Position numbers and translations under genes: made by a program. From an uncultured delta proteobacterium (GTDB lineage Bacteria; Desulfobacterota; Binatia; UBA9968): a stretch of DNA of 64,000 nucleotides. Shown piece by piece: positions 17,324-28,340 of this stretch. Where the stretch lies: NCBI GenBank assembly GCA_963760795.1, contig CAVXEP010000016.1, positions 32,001 to 96,000 of the forward strand, in the 5' to 3' direction. The notes beneath the pieces are model-generated. The model was not told where the DNA came from. It was given only the letters and a program-made list of their open reading frames with translations, and made no database searches. Each line of letters begins with the position of its first letter. Positions within the stretch are counted from its first letter, which is position 1.

Positions 17324-18304
17324 ATGAAGCGAATAATTGAAGGTTTCTTAACGCTGTTACTATTGGCGCCACAGGCTGTTCCTGCCGCCGACAAGATCCG
17401 CATCGGCTATTCTGGACTAAGCCCGGCCACCGCGATGCTGTGGGTTGCGCAGGAAGGCAAGCTCTTGGAGAAAAACGGTCTCAATCCTGAGGTGCTGTTT
17501 TTGCGCAACAATCTCGGCCAGTCGGCGATGATCGCCGGCGAGATCGACATGGGCAGTTATTCGGCGAGCCTGATGGCGCCGGCGCGGGTGCAAGGGGCGG
17601 ATCTGGTGATGATTGTGAGCTTTCAACAGAAGCTCAACTACCGGCTGGTGGTTCGACCGGAGATTCGCACGCTGGCGGACTTGAAAGGCAAGGTGCTCGG
17701 GGTTACCCGTTACGGCACGGTGAACGATGCCACCATGCGTTTGCTGATCAATAAGCTCGGTCTCGATCCTGACCGCGATGTCAGGTTGATTCAAGTCGGC
17801 GATTCCGCGCCGGTGGTCGCGACTTCATTGATCGCCGGCAAGACTTTCGACGGCGCTTTGCTGCAGCCGCCTTATTATAACAAGGCGGTGGAGTCCGGCT
17901 TTCGCGTGTACGCCAACATGGAAGATATGGACATTCCATTTCAACAGGTGGGACTCAATACCACCCAGCGCTTGATCGCGAAGAGCCCAGACATGGTGCG
18001 CCGCGTGGTCAAATCGATCCTCGAAGGCGTGCAGTTAATCCGCACCAATCCCGCCGTGGCCAAGCGCGCCATCGCTCGCTACATGCAGATCAAGGATGAG
18101 AAAGTGCTGGAGGAGTCCTACCAGCAGTTGAAAGGAACTGCGGAAATCAAACCCTATCCCTCCGCGGAGGGTTTCAAGACGATCTTGGACGAGCTGGCGA
18201 AAAAACTCCCAGCCGCGCGCACGGCCAATCCTCGCGACTTCATGGATGCACGCTTCATTCAGGAATTCGACAAGTCCGGGTATATCGACGGGTTGTATAA
18301 ATAA
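17324..18304 (+). CDS. ABC-type substrate-binding protein, NMT1/THI5-like (paralogue of 9682-10671)
   Basis: MKRIIEG signal peptide, KIRIGYSG, DLKGKVLGVTRYGT, same C-terminus DKSGYIDGLYK. Confidence 0.9.
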   Translation: MKRIIEGFLTLLLLAPQAVPAADKIRIGYSGLSPATAMLWVAQEGKLLEKNGLNPEVLFLRNNLGQSAMIAGEIDMGSYSASLMAPARVQGADLVMIVSFQQKLNYRLVVRPEIRTLADLKGKVLGVTRYGTVNDATMRLLINKLGLDPDRDVRLIQVGDSAPVVATSLIAGKTFDGALLQPPYYNKAVESGFRVYANMEDMDIPFQQVGLNTTQRLIAKSPDMVRRVVKSILEGVQLIRTNPAVAKRAIARYMQIKDEKVLEESYQQLKGTAEIKPYPSAEGFKTILDELAKKLPAARTANPRDFMDARFIQEFDKSGYIDGLYK

Positions 18305-18546
18305 TCGAAGAGACCGGCGTATTTTACCACAGGAGGCACAAAAGCACAGCCGCGTCGGAAGCGGAAGTTAGTCTGCAATGCATGCAGAGGGTACAAAGTT
18401 GGGGCTTTGGGGCGGGTTTAAGCTTGCCTTCGGCGTTGCTCCGTTCACGGTGGCGAGTTCTACGTGATCATCGACACCGAAGCCGGAATGATGGTAAGTT
18501 TCGTGCGCAGTTAGTGACATTCAGCGAATCACAGAGGAGTAAGATT

Positions 18547-19803
18547 ATGACCCAATATATCTTGACGTTAATTTTTGGAGTCTATCTGCTTATGTTGGTG
18601 CCGGTGGCCCATGGCGCGCAGGCGCCGGTGCAGTTGCCGGACGGTGAGGGAAAGCCGCTGGTTCAGGGCATGTGTACCGCCTGCCATGATCTCAACCAGC
18701 TTACGCGCAGCTCCGGTTACACGCGTGACGAGTGGAAGGAACTCGTCGGCACGATGATCAACTTGTCGGGGACGCCGCAACTCGACAGCATCACAAAATA
18801 TCTTGAAACCCATTTCCCGCCGAGTGCGAAGTTCGCTCCGACACTGGTCTCTGGGCCGGTGTCGATAACTTTTCGTGAATGGCAGGTGGCGCAATTGGGC
18901 CAGCGGGCACGCGATCCCGTGGAGGCGCCGGATGGCTCTATCTGGTATTGCGGGCAATATGGCAATCTTGTCGGTCGGCTCAATCGTAAGACCGGGGAGA
19001 TTGTCGAATACACCCTGCCGGAAAAGGCCTTGCCGCACAGCGTGACGCCCGACCGTGACGGCAATATTTGGTACACCGGCAATGGCAACGGCACCATGGG
19101 CAAGCTCGATCCCAAAACCGGCATGATCACCGAATACAAGATGCCCGATCCAGCCGCCAAAGATCCGCACACGGCGGTGTTCGATTCCAAGGGAACGCTC
19201 TGGTTCACCTTGCAAGTGGCGAACATGATTGGCCGGTTGGTGCCGTCGACGGGCGAGATCAAGCTCGTCACCTCGCCGCGGACGAATTCCCGGCCGTATG
19301 GCATCAAAGTCGCCGCTGACGGCGCGCTTTGGGTGTCGTGCAACGGCGCCAATTGTTTGCTCAGGGTCGATCCTGACACCTTGGCAATTCGTGAATTCAA
19401 TTTGCCCGAAAAGACCACAGTGCGCCGGCTCGATATCGCTGCCGATGGAATGATCTGGTACGTCAACTCGAGCCTTGGCCGCCTCGGCCGCTTGGATCCA
19501 AAAAACGGCCAATACAAAGAGTGGGATTCGCCTAGTGGTCCGAGCTCCCATCCCTATGCCATCGCCGTCGTCGACGGTATCGTCTGGTACAATGAATCTG
19601 CCCGGCGTCCCGATGCGCTAGTGCGCTTCGATCCTGCCACCGAAAAATTCCAAAGTTGGGCGATACCTTCCGGAAACATTTACGCCGGTATGCTCCGACA
19701 TATGCGGCCGACCCGCGAGGGCAATCTGTTGATCCACCAGACCAGCACGAATCGCATCTATGAGGTGAATCTGAAACCCGGGGCGAAGCGTGTGGCCAAC
19801 TAG
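18547..19803 (+). CDS. Exported cytochrome c / virginiamycin B lyase (Vgb)-like beta-propeller fusion
   Basis: GAGGAG RBS; signal peptide; CTACH haem motif; repeated DGxIWY...GRLDPKTG...EY blades. Confidence 0.85.
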   Translation: MTQYILTLIFGVYLLMLVPVAHGAQAPVQLPDGEGKPLVQGMCTACHDLNQLTRSSGYTRDEWKELVGTMINLSGTPQLDSITKYLETHFPPSAKFAPTLVSGPVSITFREWQVAQLGQRARDPVEAPDGSIWYCGQYGNLVGRLNRKTGEIVEYTLPEKALPHSVTPDRDGNIWYTGNGNGTMGKLDPKTGMITEYKMPDPAAKDPHTAVFDSKGTLWFTLQVANMIGRLVPSTGEIKLVTSPRTNSRPYGIKVAADGALWVSCNGANCLLRVDPDTLAIREFNLPEKTTVRRLDIAADGMIWYVNSSLGRLGRLDPKNGQYKEWDSPSGPSSHPYAIAVVDGIVWYNESARRPDALVRFDPATEKFQSWAIPSGNIYAGMLRHMRPTREGNLLIHQTSTNRIYEVNLKPGAKRVAN

Positions 19804-19870
19804 CGGCTAGTGGGAATAGCGTTGGCGGATGACGGAGAGACGACGAATCGATCTGCGCATTGGATATCGT

Positions 19871-19997
19871 TCCGTCATGCCGGCTCTATCGTCACCCCGG
19901 TGAAGACCGGGGTCCATCGCCTCAACCTGGATACCGTTTTTCAACGGTATGACGGACACTGTCCGTCACCTGGATGCCGCGTGCGCGGGACTGACGA
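19871..19997. repeat. Nested REP/MITE-like element, copy 2 (inverted relative to copy 1)
   Basis: TCCGTCATGCCGGCTCTATCGTCACCCCGGTGAAGACCGGGGTCCA...CCTGGATACCGTTTTTCAACGGTATGACGGACACTGTCCGTCACCTGGAT...TGACG. Confidence 0.85.
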
Positions 19998-20122
19998 ATA
20001 GAAGGAAAATCGATTTCAATTAGCATATGTGAGATTGTTGGCTCATGAGTCTGATAGATTTATTTTTGGGGTGTTTTCGCGTGAATCTTTAAATTGCACA
20101 CGGCACTTTTTGGGAGTGGATT

Positions 20123-21199
20123 ATGATTATCGACGCCGATGCTCACATCGAAGAATCCGTGGCGATGTTCGAGCGTTTGGACAAGGAGTTTCAGCCCCGC
20201 CGGCCGTTACCGGTTCGACTTGAGCGCGACACGATTTATGGCCGGTACAACGCCGTGTGGCTCATTGACGGCGAGACTTACCCAAAGCTGGTCGGCAAGG
20301 GCGGGACGATTTTTCGCACGCCGACGTTGATGGAGGCGGCGAGCCAGAAGCGCGAATCCATCGGCGCTCAGGAGCTTATCGATGTCCCGGCGCGCATTCG
20401 CGACATGAACAAGGTCAAGATCGACACGCAGGTGGTCTTTCCGAGCTTATTCCTGACGCACACGGCTGAAGATCTAAAGCTGGAAGCGGCGCTGTTGCGC
20501 GCCTACAATTCGTTCCTCGGCGAGTGTGCGACGACGTCGAAAGGGCGCATTCGCTTCGCCGCATTGGTGCCGATTCGCGATGTCGCGGAGTCGATCAAGG
20601 AGATCAAACGCGCCGCCAGGATCGGCGCTGCCGCAGTCATGCTGCAAGGCATGGCGTGGGACAAGCTGCTCGGCGATGAAAGCTTGTTTCCGTTCTATCA
20701 AGTCGCGGCGGATTTGAACTTGCCGGTTTGCGTGCACCTGGGCTGGGGCTGTCCGGCGTTGACCCGCATCTTCGACGCCACGACAAATTTTTATAGCGCT
20801 ATTCTGCCGGTGCTCATGGGCTTCAATAGCATCATGAGCTCGGCGGCTTTCGAGAAGATTGCCAATCTCCGGTTCAGTTTCCTCGAAGCCGGGGCGGCGT
20901 GGCTGCCGTTCATGATCAAGCAAGTGCGGCGCGACAACATGCGGCGCAAGCTGGCCAAGGATCCCATCGAGTATTTCAACACCGGCAGGGTGTTCGTCAG
21001 CGCTGAACCGGACGAAGATCTGACCGGCATCGCGGCTCTTGTTGGCGAAGATTCCTTCGTCCTCGGTTCCGACTATCCCCACGGCGATCCATCGCGCCAG
21101 GAAGATATGGTCGCCGAATTCAGAGAACGCAAGGACCTCTCGCAGACGATGGTCGAAAAGATGCTGTGCGACAATCCCAAACGACTTTACGGATTCTAG
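20123..21199 (+). CDS. Amidohydrolase_2 family metalloenzyme
   Basis: IIDADAHIEE, VCVHLG, FLEAGAAW, GSDYPHGD, MLCDNPKRLY. Confidence 0.92.
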   Translation: MIIDADAHIEESVAMFERLDKEFQPRRPLPVRLERDTIYGRYNAVWLIDGETYPKLVGKGGTIFRTPTLMEAASQKRESIGAQELIDVPARIRDMNKVKIDTQVVFPSLFLTHTAEDLKLEAALLRAYNSFLGECATTSKGRIRFAALVPIRDVAESIKEIKRAARIGAAAVMLQGMAWDKLLGDESLFPFYQVAADLNLPVCVHLGWGCPALTRIFDATTNFYSAILPVLMGFNSIMSSAAFEKIANLRFSFLEAGAAWLPFMIKQVRRDNMRRKLAKDPIEYFNTGRVFVSAEPDEDLTGIAALVGEDSFVLGSDYPHGDPSRQEDMVAEFRERKDLSQTMVEKMLCDNPKRLYGF

Positions 21200-21346
21200 G
21201 TTATCGGCGAGATTCCGGTTGCTCAGAGTAGTCGACTTCCAACCTTTGATCGAAGTGCGGCGCGAGTTGGGCTGCGCTGAACAACCGTCGGTGATCATTG
21301 GACTCGGCGCGGGAGAAATTCCCGCCTTCACTTGCGTCCCTGCGAG

Positions 21347-22144
21347 TCAGCGGCTGGCAGCGGACGGCATCAAGTTGTTGGCACGCAGGAATTCTATGAC
21401 GAAGGCATCGAAGCCGGCGGGATCTTCGATATTGCAGGCGTGGCCGGTCTTGGGCAGGATTTTGTGCACGGCGCCGGGAATGAGCGACGCGGTTTTCTTG
21501 CCGCCGGCCAGCGAGTTGTCGTATTCGCCGTTGATCACCAGCGTCGGGACTTTCATCGTCGCCAGCCGCGGCGTCATGTCGAGACCGCCGCGGGCGCGAA
21601 AGATTTGTCCAATCGATTCTCCCGACAGCCAGGGATCGCGCTCGACGAAAGTGTTCAACAGATACTTGCCCAGTTTGGTTTCGGGAAATTCCGGCGCGAC
21701 CAGTTCGCGCAAGTGCTGGATATGATATTTCTCGATGCCGACTTTGGTGTAGCCGTGGATGCGCTCGTCGATGGAGCCGCCCGGACCGCTGCTGCCGCCG
21801 ACTAGAATGATGGCTTTGAACATTTCCGGATGATCGAGGCCGAGTAAAATCGCCATGCCCGAGCCGACGCTGACGCCGCCGAGGATCGCTTCTTTGATAT
21901 CGAGGTCGCGGCAAACGCCGAGCACATCGTCAGCCATGTCCTTGAGGCTAAAGGGCGTCTCCGGTTTGTCCGAGCGGCCGTAGCCGCGAATGTCGATGGC
22001 GACGACTTTGAAGTAGGTCGAGAAGTGGGCGATCTGGTACATCCACAGGTTATGATCGAACGGATTGGCATGGACCATGACGAAGGGGAGACCTTCGCCG
22101 GAGACTTCGTAATAGATCTTTAAGCCGTTCGAAGTACTGTACAT
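21347..22144 (-). CDS. Alpha/beta fold hydrolase
   Basis: DIRGYGRS, nucleophile elbow GVSVG, INGEYD, GHACNIE. Confidence 0.9.
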   Translation of the reverse strand: MYSTSNGLKIYYEVSGEGLPFVMVHANPFDHNLWMYQIAHFSTYFKVVAIDIRGYGRSDKPETPFSLKDMADDVLGVCRDLDIKEAILGGVSVGSGMAILLGLDHPEMFKAIILVGGSSGPGGSIDERIHGYTKVGIEKYHIQHLRELVAPEFPETKLGKYLLNTFVERDPWLSGESIGQIFRARGGLDMTPRLATMKVPTLVINGEYDNSLAGGKKTASLIPGAVHKILPKTGHACNIEDPAGFDAFVIEFLRANNLMPSAASR

Positions 22145-22157
22145 GGTCTAATAAATC

Positions 22158-22270
22158 CGTTCAAAACGTTCCAAATCGTTCCAATCGTTCGCTCAGGTGG
22201 CGCTCGTTCAAGACATTCGAATGCGTTTCCGACGGTTGGAACTATTGGAACGATTGGAACGCTTGGAACC
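22158..22270. repeat. Inverted pair of 9-mer tandem tracts
   Basis: cgttcaaaacgttccaaatcgttccaatcgttc ... ttggaactattggaacgattggaacgcttggaac. Confidence 0.8.
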
Positions 22271-22276
22271 GAGCGA

Positions 22277-22981
22277 TTAATTCGCTTTCCTCGGCCGTTC
22301 CTGTTTGATCTTTTCTTTGACTTCGTCGAGCTTCATTACATCGGTGTACTTGTGGTGCATGTCGAACAGATTGACCTTGTGCGACAGCTGGCTGCGGTCG
22401 AAGACGCATTCTTCGACGATCGACACATGATAACCGAGCGAGTAGCCGTCGACGCAGCTGGCGCGCACGCAGCCGCTGGTGCTTTCGCCGCAGACGATCA
22501 GGCTATCGCAGCCCAATTGGGTCAAGTGCGCCACCAACGGCGTGCCGAAGAAACCGCTGGCGCGTTCTTTAAAAATCACCACGTCGCCGGGCTGCGGTTT
22601 GAACTCTTCCTTGATCTCGAAGGCATCGGGATCGATCTTAGCGCGCTGGCGGTTGGTCGCGTTGATCAGGTCGGGCTTGGCTTCTACTCTGGTTTCGCTG
22701 GTGGTGTAGAAAACCGGGATCTTCAAGCTGCGCGCCAGGGCGAACAGCTCCTGAGTCGGTTTGATCGCGTTATGCGCATAGACGCCGCAGGAACTCTTGT
22801 AGGTGTCGATCAATTCGTGGGGCTCTTTGGCGCCGCCTTGATAAGCCAGGTTGTAGAGATCGATGGCCAGCAGCGCCGGTCTTTGGCCGATGAAGGTTTC
22901 GCGATGATAGGGCGTGTAGGTTTTGAGGATTTCCGGTGAGACGATATCTTTCCAGCAATGATCTTCGAAATCGGCAGCCAT
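22277..22981 (-). CDS. Isochorismatase-family cysteine hydrolase (maleamate / N-carbamoylsarcosine amidase-like)
   Basis: ALLAIDL, KERASGFFGT, GESTSGCVRAS; GGAGG RBS. Confidence 0.9.
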   Translation of the reverse strand: MAADFEDHCWKDIVSPEILKTYTPYHRETFIGQRPALLAIDLYNLAYQGGAKEPHELIDTYKSSCGVYAHNAIKPTQELFALARSLKIPVFYTTSETRVEAKPDLINATNRQRAKIDPDAFEIKEEFKPQPGDVVIFKERASGFFGTPLVAHLTQLGCDSLIVCGESTSGCVRASCVDGYSLGYHVSIVEECVFDRSQLSHKVNLFDMHHKYTDVMKLDEVKEKIKQERPRKAN

Positions 22982-23011
22982 AATGGGCCTCCTAATGATT
23001 TATCGCTTTTC

Positions 23012-23089
23012 ATGTAACTGGAGCGCTGCCGGGTTGTCAAGGAAGCCGGGGCGATTTGCATTGACCGCGCCGGTGCCATTGGTTATACC
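23012..23089. promoter_or_regulatory. Divergent sigma70-like promoters
   Basis: Minus strand TTGACA-17-TTACAT (23040-23012); plus strand TTGACC-17-TATACC (23061-23089). Confidence 0.5.
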
Positions 23090-23128
23090 GGTTGCGGAAA
23101 TCGTCGTGCTAGTTACGGAGGATCGCTC

Positions 23129-24825
23129 ATGAAAGATAGCCAAAAAGTCATCGTTGACCCGGAGACAATTCGTCAAACTGACCGGTGCCACGGCAGCGGG
23201 CGCGCTGTGGGCGCCGCAGTTATTCGCGGCTCAGCCGGGGCGCAAGCGCATCGTCATTCACGGCGAGCGCCAGGTGACCAGCCTCGGTTATCATAACCGG
23301 CGCGAGACCGAGCATGTCTCGATGGTCGATGCCGGTCTGGTGACGCAGAATCCGGTGACACTCGAACGGGTGCCGGTGTTGGCCGAGGAATTGCCGTCGG
23401 TCAAGAAGGGCACCTGGAAGATCGACATGCAGAAGAAGACGATGGTCACGGTCTACAAGCTGCGGCCCAATCTCAAGTGGCATGACGGCAAGCCTTACAC
23501 CTCGAAAGATTTCGAGTTCGGCTGGCAGATCGCCAAGCATCCCGAATTTCCCATGCCGGATCGCCTGGTGCCGGAGATGATCACCAAGATCGAGACCCCC
23601 GACGATCGCACCATCGTGATTCACTGGAACGATCTCTACAATGAAGCCAATGCGATTCAGTACACCCATGTGCGCGCCTTCCCGCGTCACCTGCTGCTCG
23701 ACGCTTTTCAAGGCGGCGACATGAAGGCGTTCGCCAATCTGCCGTACTGGAATAAAAACTTTGTCGGCGCCGGTGCGTTTAAAGTCGTCGAGTGGGATCA
23801 GGGCAGCCGCATGGAGTTGGAAGCCTTCAATGACTTCGTCTTGGGCCGGCCAAAAATCGACCGGATGACTTTCAAAACCGTCGAAGATACCAACACCAAT
23901 TTGGCCGCGGTGCTGGCCGGCGAAGTGGACTTCTGCATGCGCAGCACGATCTCCTTCGACGGCGCGACGATCTTGCGCGAGCAGTGGGAGAAGCAAGGCA
24001 AGGGCAAGGTGCTGACCAGCCCGGCGTCCTGGACCTGGCTCAACCTGAGCCGCGACAATCCCTGGTTCAACGACGTCAGAGTGCGCCGGGCGCTGCTCCA
24101 CGCCATCGACCGCGACACCATGACGCAGAATATTTTTAAAGGCGAACGGATCACCTCGCATTTCCCCATGGGCGCGGGCGCGCAAGAGCTATAAAAAAGC
24201 GCTGGCGTCGGCGACGATCTACAAGCATGACCCGGAGCGGGCGAAGAAACTGCTTGCCGAGGCGGGCTGGAAGCCAGGCGCCGACGGCGTGCTGGTCAAC
24301 GGCAAGGGCGAGCGCATGGAGTTCGAGTTCCGCTGCACCGCGGAGCGGCGCGACCATGAGCAGGCCCAAGCGATCATCGCCGACTACTGGAAAAAAATCG
24401 GCGTGCGCACGGTGATCAAGAACATGCCCAACCGCCTGCTCAATTCGGCGGAGAACCGCAGCCGCTGGCCCGGCGCCTTCATCGGCTCGCATAACGCGAC
24501 GGTGGAGGAGTGGCCGGAACGCTTTCACAGCAAAAACATTCCCAGCGCGGAGAACAAATTCTCACTAGAAAATGTCTCGGGCTGGAACGATCCCAAGAAG
24601 GACGCCATCCTCGACGACATCAATTCGATCATCACAGCCGAACGCTCCGAACAGCTCCAGGTCGAATACTGCAAGATGTTTAGCGAGGCGCTGCCGCACC
24701 TGCCGCTGTTTTTCTCGCCGGAAGTGCTGGTCGTGAAAAAAGGGCTGACCGGAATCACGCCGCGCCAGGAGAGCGGCGGGCAGAATTCGAGCTCGTGGAA
24801 TACGCATACTTGGGATAAGGCTTAA
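23129..24825 (+). CDS. Peptide/nickel ABC substrate-binding protein (family 5) with Tat signal; frameshifts near 23140 and 24170
   Basis: LTRRQFVK Tat motif, LRPNLKWHDG, DVRVRRALLHAIDR; continues in another frame as YKHDPERAKKLLAEAGWKPGADGVLVN...WNTHTWDKA. Confidence 0.88.
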
Positions 24826-24832
24826 GACAAGG

Positions 24833-24905
24833 CCGTTCAAGGGTTCAGATGTTCAAGGTGTTCGATGCGAATTCGTTGAACGGTTGACACTTGAACTTTG
24901 AACCG
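24833..24905. repeat. Inverted short-period GTTCAA/TTGAAC tract
   Basis: gttcaagggttcagatgttcaaggtgttcg ... ttgaacggttgacacttgaactttgaac. Confidence 0.65.
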
Positions 24906-24945
24906 GTCGAGTGCCAGCGTTAACCTGACGCGATCGAAAATATTT

Positions 24946-25919
24946 ATGTTGCTCTACGTTCATTCGCCGGCTATTTCAGACCGTGCCGTTGTTGCTGGTG
25001 ATATCGGCGCTGATTTTTACGTTGTTGTATCTGATGCCGGGGGATCCGCTTTATCGGATGCTCGAAGGCGTTCCCAACTTGCGGCCGCAGGATTTTGACC
25101 GGCTGCGCAAACTCTACGGCTTCGACGATCCGGTTTACCTTCAGTACGGCAAGTGGCTCTGGCAGCTGCTTCAGCTCAATCCCGGCTACTCGCGGGAGTA
25201 TGGCCAGCCGGTGTTCGATATTATTCTGCCGGCGTTGAAAAATACCCTGGTGCTGACCATCGCCGCGGTGGTGCTCGGCAAAATCATCGCCATCGCGTCT
25301 CGGCATCTTTTCCGCGGTGCGGCAGTATTCCATCGGCGACTATATTCTCACCGCGACGACTTTTGTCGCCTATTCGGTGCCGGCGTTTTGGCTGGGGCTG
25401 ATGTTGATTATCCTATTCTCGGTCAAGCTCGGCTGGCTGCCGACCTCCGGTATCGTCAACAGCGAGCTGGCGCCGGGTAGCTGGGCGGCCACGGTGGACT
25501 GGATGAAACATCTGATTTTGCCGGTGGCGGTGTTGGCGATCTCCGAGATCATTCAAGTGCAGCGCTTCATGCGTTCGAGTTTGCTCGAAGTGCTGCGCCA
25601 GGATTATTTGACGACGGCACGCGCCAAAGGATTATCCGAGAGCGTCGTCATCGGCCGCCATGCGCTCAAGAACGCGCTGATTCCAGTGGTGACGATCATC
25701 GCCGTGACCATGCCGCGAGTGGTCGGCGGTTCGACTGTGGTGGAAACCGTGTTCGCCTATCCCGGCATGGGCCGGCTGCTCTATACGTCGATCATGGGTA
25801 ATGACTATGTCGTCGCCATGACCGTGGTGATGATCATCGCCGTGACCGTGGTGTTCTTCAATTTATTGGCGGACGTGGTTTACGGCTGGCTCGACCCGCG
25901 CATCCGCTATCAGAGTTGA
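24946..25919 (+). CDS. Peptide ABC permease DppB/OppB-like (frameshifts near 24960 and 25297)
   Basis: MLLY(V)IRRLFQTVP..., LMPGDP, SVPAFWLG, EAA loop DYLTTARAKGL, WLDPRIRY. Confidence 0.88.
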
Positions 25920-25931
25920 AGGGAAGAGATT

Positions 25932-26046
25932 TAACCACAAAGAGCACAAAGTTCACAAAAATTGGATTCGGAAATTAGCCGCAAAGAACCCAAAGGGCAC
26001 AAAAAAGGATCGGGACGTAAGGGTGGGTTTTAAAACCAGCCCGTCT
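25932..26046. repeat. ACCAC/GCCGCAAAG 9-mer tracts plus GGGTGGGTTTTAAAACCAGCCC hairpin
   Basis: accacaaagagcacaaagttcacaaa; gccgcaaagaacccaaagggcacaaa. Confidence 0.65.
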
Positions 26047-26058
26047 CACTGGTGACAA

Positions 26059-26964
26059 GTGACAGTCGAAAGTCCATTGGCAATTGCATTGAATCCCATA
26101 CAAGGCGCCGAGCCGGTGGGCTATTGGCGCGTTGTTTGGCGGCGCTTCAAACAGCACCGGGTTGCCTACGTCGGCTTTTTTTTCTTTGTTACTTTATTAG
26201 TCGCGGTGATCGTCGGTCCCTATCTGGTTCCATTTGAACTCGACCAGGTGTCATTGGCCGAGCGCATGCAGACGCCGTCGGCCCGCCATTGGCTCGGCAC
26301 CGATGAGCTCGGGCGCGACACCTGGGTGCGCATCATGCATGGCGGCCGGGTTTCGCTGACCGTCGGATTGGCGGTGGCGCTGAGTACCGTTCTCATCGGC
26401 GGATTGATCGGCATTCTCGCCGGTTATGTCGGTGGCGCGCTCGACAATGCTTTGATGCGTTTGGTCGATACGATTTACACGATCCCGCGCATCGTCTTGC
26501 TGCTGGTCCTGTCGAAATTAGCCGGGCCTGGCTTGCTCAACATTATCGTCATTCTCGTCGCCCTGGAGTGGACCAATGCGGCGCGCTTGGCGCGCAGCGC
26601 CGTGCTGTCTTTTCGCGAGCAAGAGTTCGTCTTGGCGGCCCAATGCCTCGGCGCATCGCGCTGGCGCGTCATGCTGCGCCACCTGCTGCCCAACGCCCTC
26701 GGTCCGTTGATCGTTTCGGCGACGCTCGACGCCGGCGCGGCGATCCGCGCCGAGACCACGCTGAGCTTTCTCGGCCTCGGTATCCAGCCGCCGACGCCGA
26801 GCTGGGGCAACTTGCTCACCAACGCCGCGACCAATATTTTTATCGCGCCGTTGCAAGTATTCCTGCCCGGGCTGTTTATCTTTTTCGCTCTGATGAGTTT
26901 TAACTTGCTCGGCGACGCCCTGCGCGATGCCCTCGATCCGAAGATGTCGAAGAGTCGGGGATGA
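26059..26964 (+). CDS. Peptide ABC permease DppC/OppC-like
   Basis: HWLGTDELGRD, GGRVSL, EFVLAAQCLGAS, LSFLGLGIQPPTPSWG, GDALRDALDP. Confidence 0.93.
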   Translation: MTVESPLAIALNPIQGAEPVGYWRVVWRRFKQHRVAYVGFFFFVTLLVAVIVGPYLVPFELDQVSLAERMQTPSARHWLGTDELGRDTWVRIMHGGRVSLTVGLAVALSTVLIGGLIGILAGYVGGALDNALMRLVDTIYTIPRIVLLLVLSKLAGPGLLNIIVILVALEWTNAARLARSAVLSFREQEFVLAAQCLGASRWRVMLRHLLPNALGPLIVSATLDAGAAIRAETTLSFLGLGIQPPTPSWGNLLTNAATNIFIAPLQVFLPGLFIFFALMSFNLLGDALRDALDPKMSKSRG

Positions 26965-27045
26965 TGGGTCGAGGATTGACGATCGCGATCCCCGATCGGC
27001 GATTTTCGATTTTCCATCCTCGATCTTCTACCCTCCATCCTCGAC
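26963..27045. repeat. 7-bp-period inverted tandem tract between convergent genes
   Basis: gatgggtcgaggattgacgatcg ... cgattttcgattttccatcctcgatcttctaccctccatcctcga. Confidence 0.65.
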
Positions 27046-27051
27046 CCTGTT

Positions 27052-28340
27052 TTATAACGGTCTGACCGCGTCCCAAGGTTTGATTAGCATTGCCGTGAGA
27101 ATGGTGCCGAGCACCAGCAAGCCACAAAGTCCCCATAGTGTTGCCGCGTAGCTTTGACTGCGGTCGTAGATTGCGCCGGCGACGACCGGGCCGATGACGC
27201 CGCCCCAGGTGTAGAAGAACGCCATGGTGCCGCGGATGGTGGCGAAGTATTTACGGCCGAAGAAGTCGCCGATGGTGGCCCAGACGACGGGAAAGGAGGC
27301 ATCGATGACAGTGAAGAGAATCGTGAATAGCCAAAGCGGCCAGAGTCCGCCGCCCCAGATCAGAAACAGTATTGACCCCGCCGCGGCCAACATGCAGCCG
27401 GCAAGCAGCTTGGGACGATTCATCATATCGGCTAGAGGGCCGATGACGTAGTGGGCGGCCCAGTTCAGAAATGCGAAAGCAGCGAGTAAGTAAGCGCCAT
27501 GTTCCTGGCTCAAACCCTTCCAGACCATGATCGGTATGAAGTGCACACTGATGGTGCTGTAGGCCGCCACGCGCACGGTCATGCCGATGGTGAATAACCA
27601 GAAGACTCTTGGTCTTCATCGCTTGACGCACGCTGGGGTCTTGGTCGGCGGCTTTCTCCTCCGAACCTTTTTCCGACTTGCCGCTGTTGCTTGCCGCCGT
27701 TCGCGGCGCGTCGCCGTCGGGCAGGAGCCCCATGCTTTCGGGCGATGGTCGCACGCCGATGCCGATGGGGATGCCGATAACTAAAAATAGCACTCCCGCG
27801 ATGATGGCGCCCCAACGCCAGCCCCAGTTTTGCACGGCGATGGCGAGTAGCGGCGTCAAGAGCGTGCCGCCGATGGGCACGGCCGAACTGATCACCGTCA
27901 TGGCGCGGGCGCGGTAACGAATAAACCAGGTGTTGCCCACCGCCATGGAAGCGTGGACGAAGCCGGGCGTGAACGACAGCGAGATGACACCGAGATAGAC
28001 GATGAGAAAATTTGTGTAGTTGTCGACCCAGGCGAGCATGATGTATCCCAAGCCGCAGAGGATGGTCGCGACGAGAATAATCGGCCGGGGACCGAAACGG
28101 TCGATGAGATAACCGACGAAGGGACCTTCGAGAGCACCCTCGGCGCGGGCGAGGGAAAATGCCAGCGAGGTCGCGGCGCGGCTCAAGCCCAAATCTTGGC
28201 TGAGCGGTAAAAAGAAAACGGTGAAGCCGTAATTGTGCAGCCCGCCGCCGAGCACTCGCAGCGCCGAGACCAGGCCGACCATGCGCCAACCGATAAAAGT
28301 CTGGGATAAAAATTGCCGAAGAGTTTTCAGGGTGATGCCT
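27052..28340 (-). CDS. MFS transporter (OFA/MCT-like; frameshift near 27605; start uncertain)
   Basis: YGFTVFFLPL, GYLIDRFGPR, NTWFIRYRARAM, PESMGLLPDG; C-half GDFFGRKYFATIRG...GAIYDRSQSY. Confidence 0.85.

Noticed and set aside
18547-19803. Streptogramin resistance gene vgb
   Set aside because: Only fold-level similarity; the signal peptide and cytochrome c domain do not fit true Vgb
23129-25919. Programmed frameshifting or phase variation in the Dpp operon
   Set aside because: No consistent slippery heptamers or long simple repeats; the same kind of indel occurs throughout the window, pointing to assembly error
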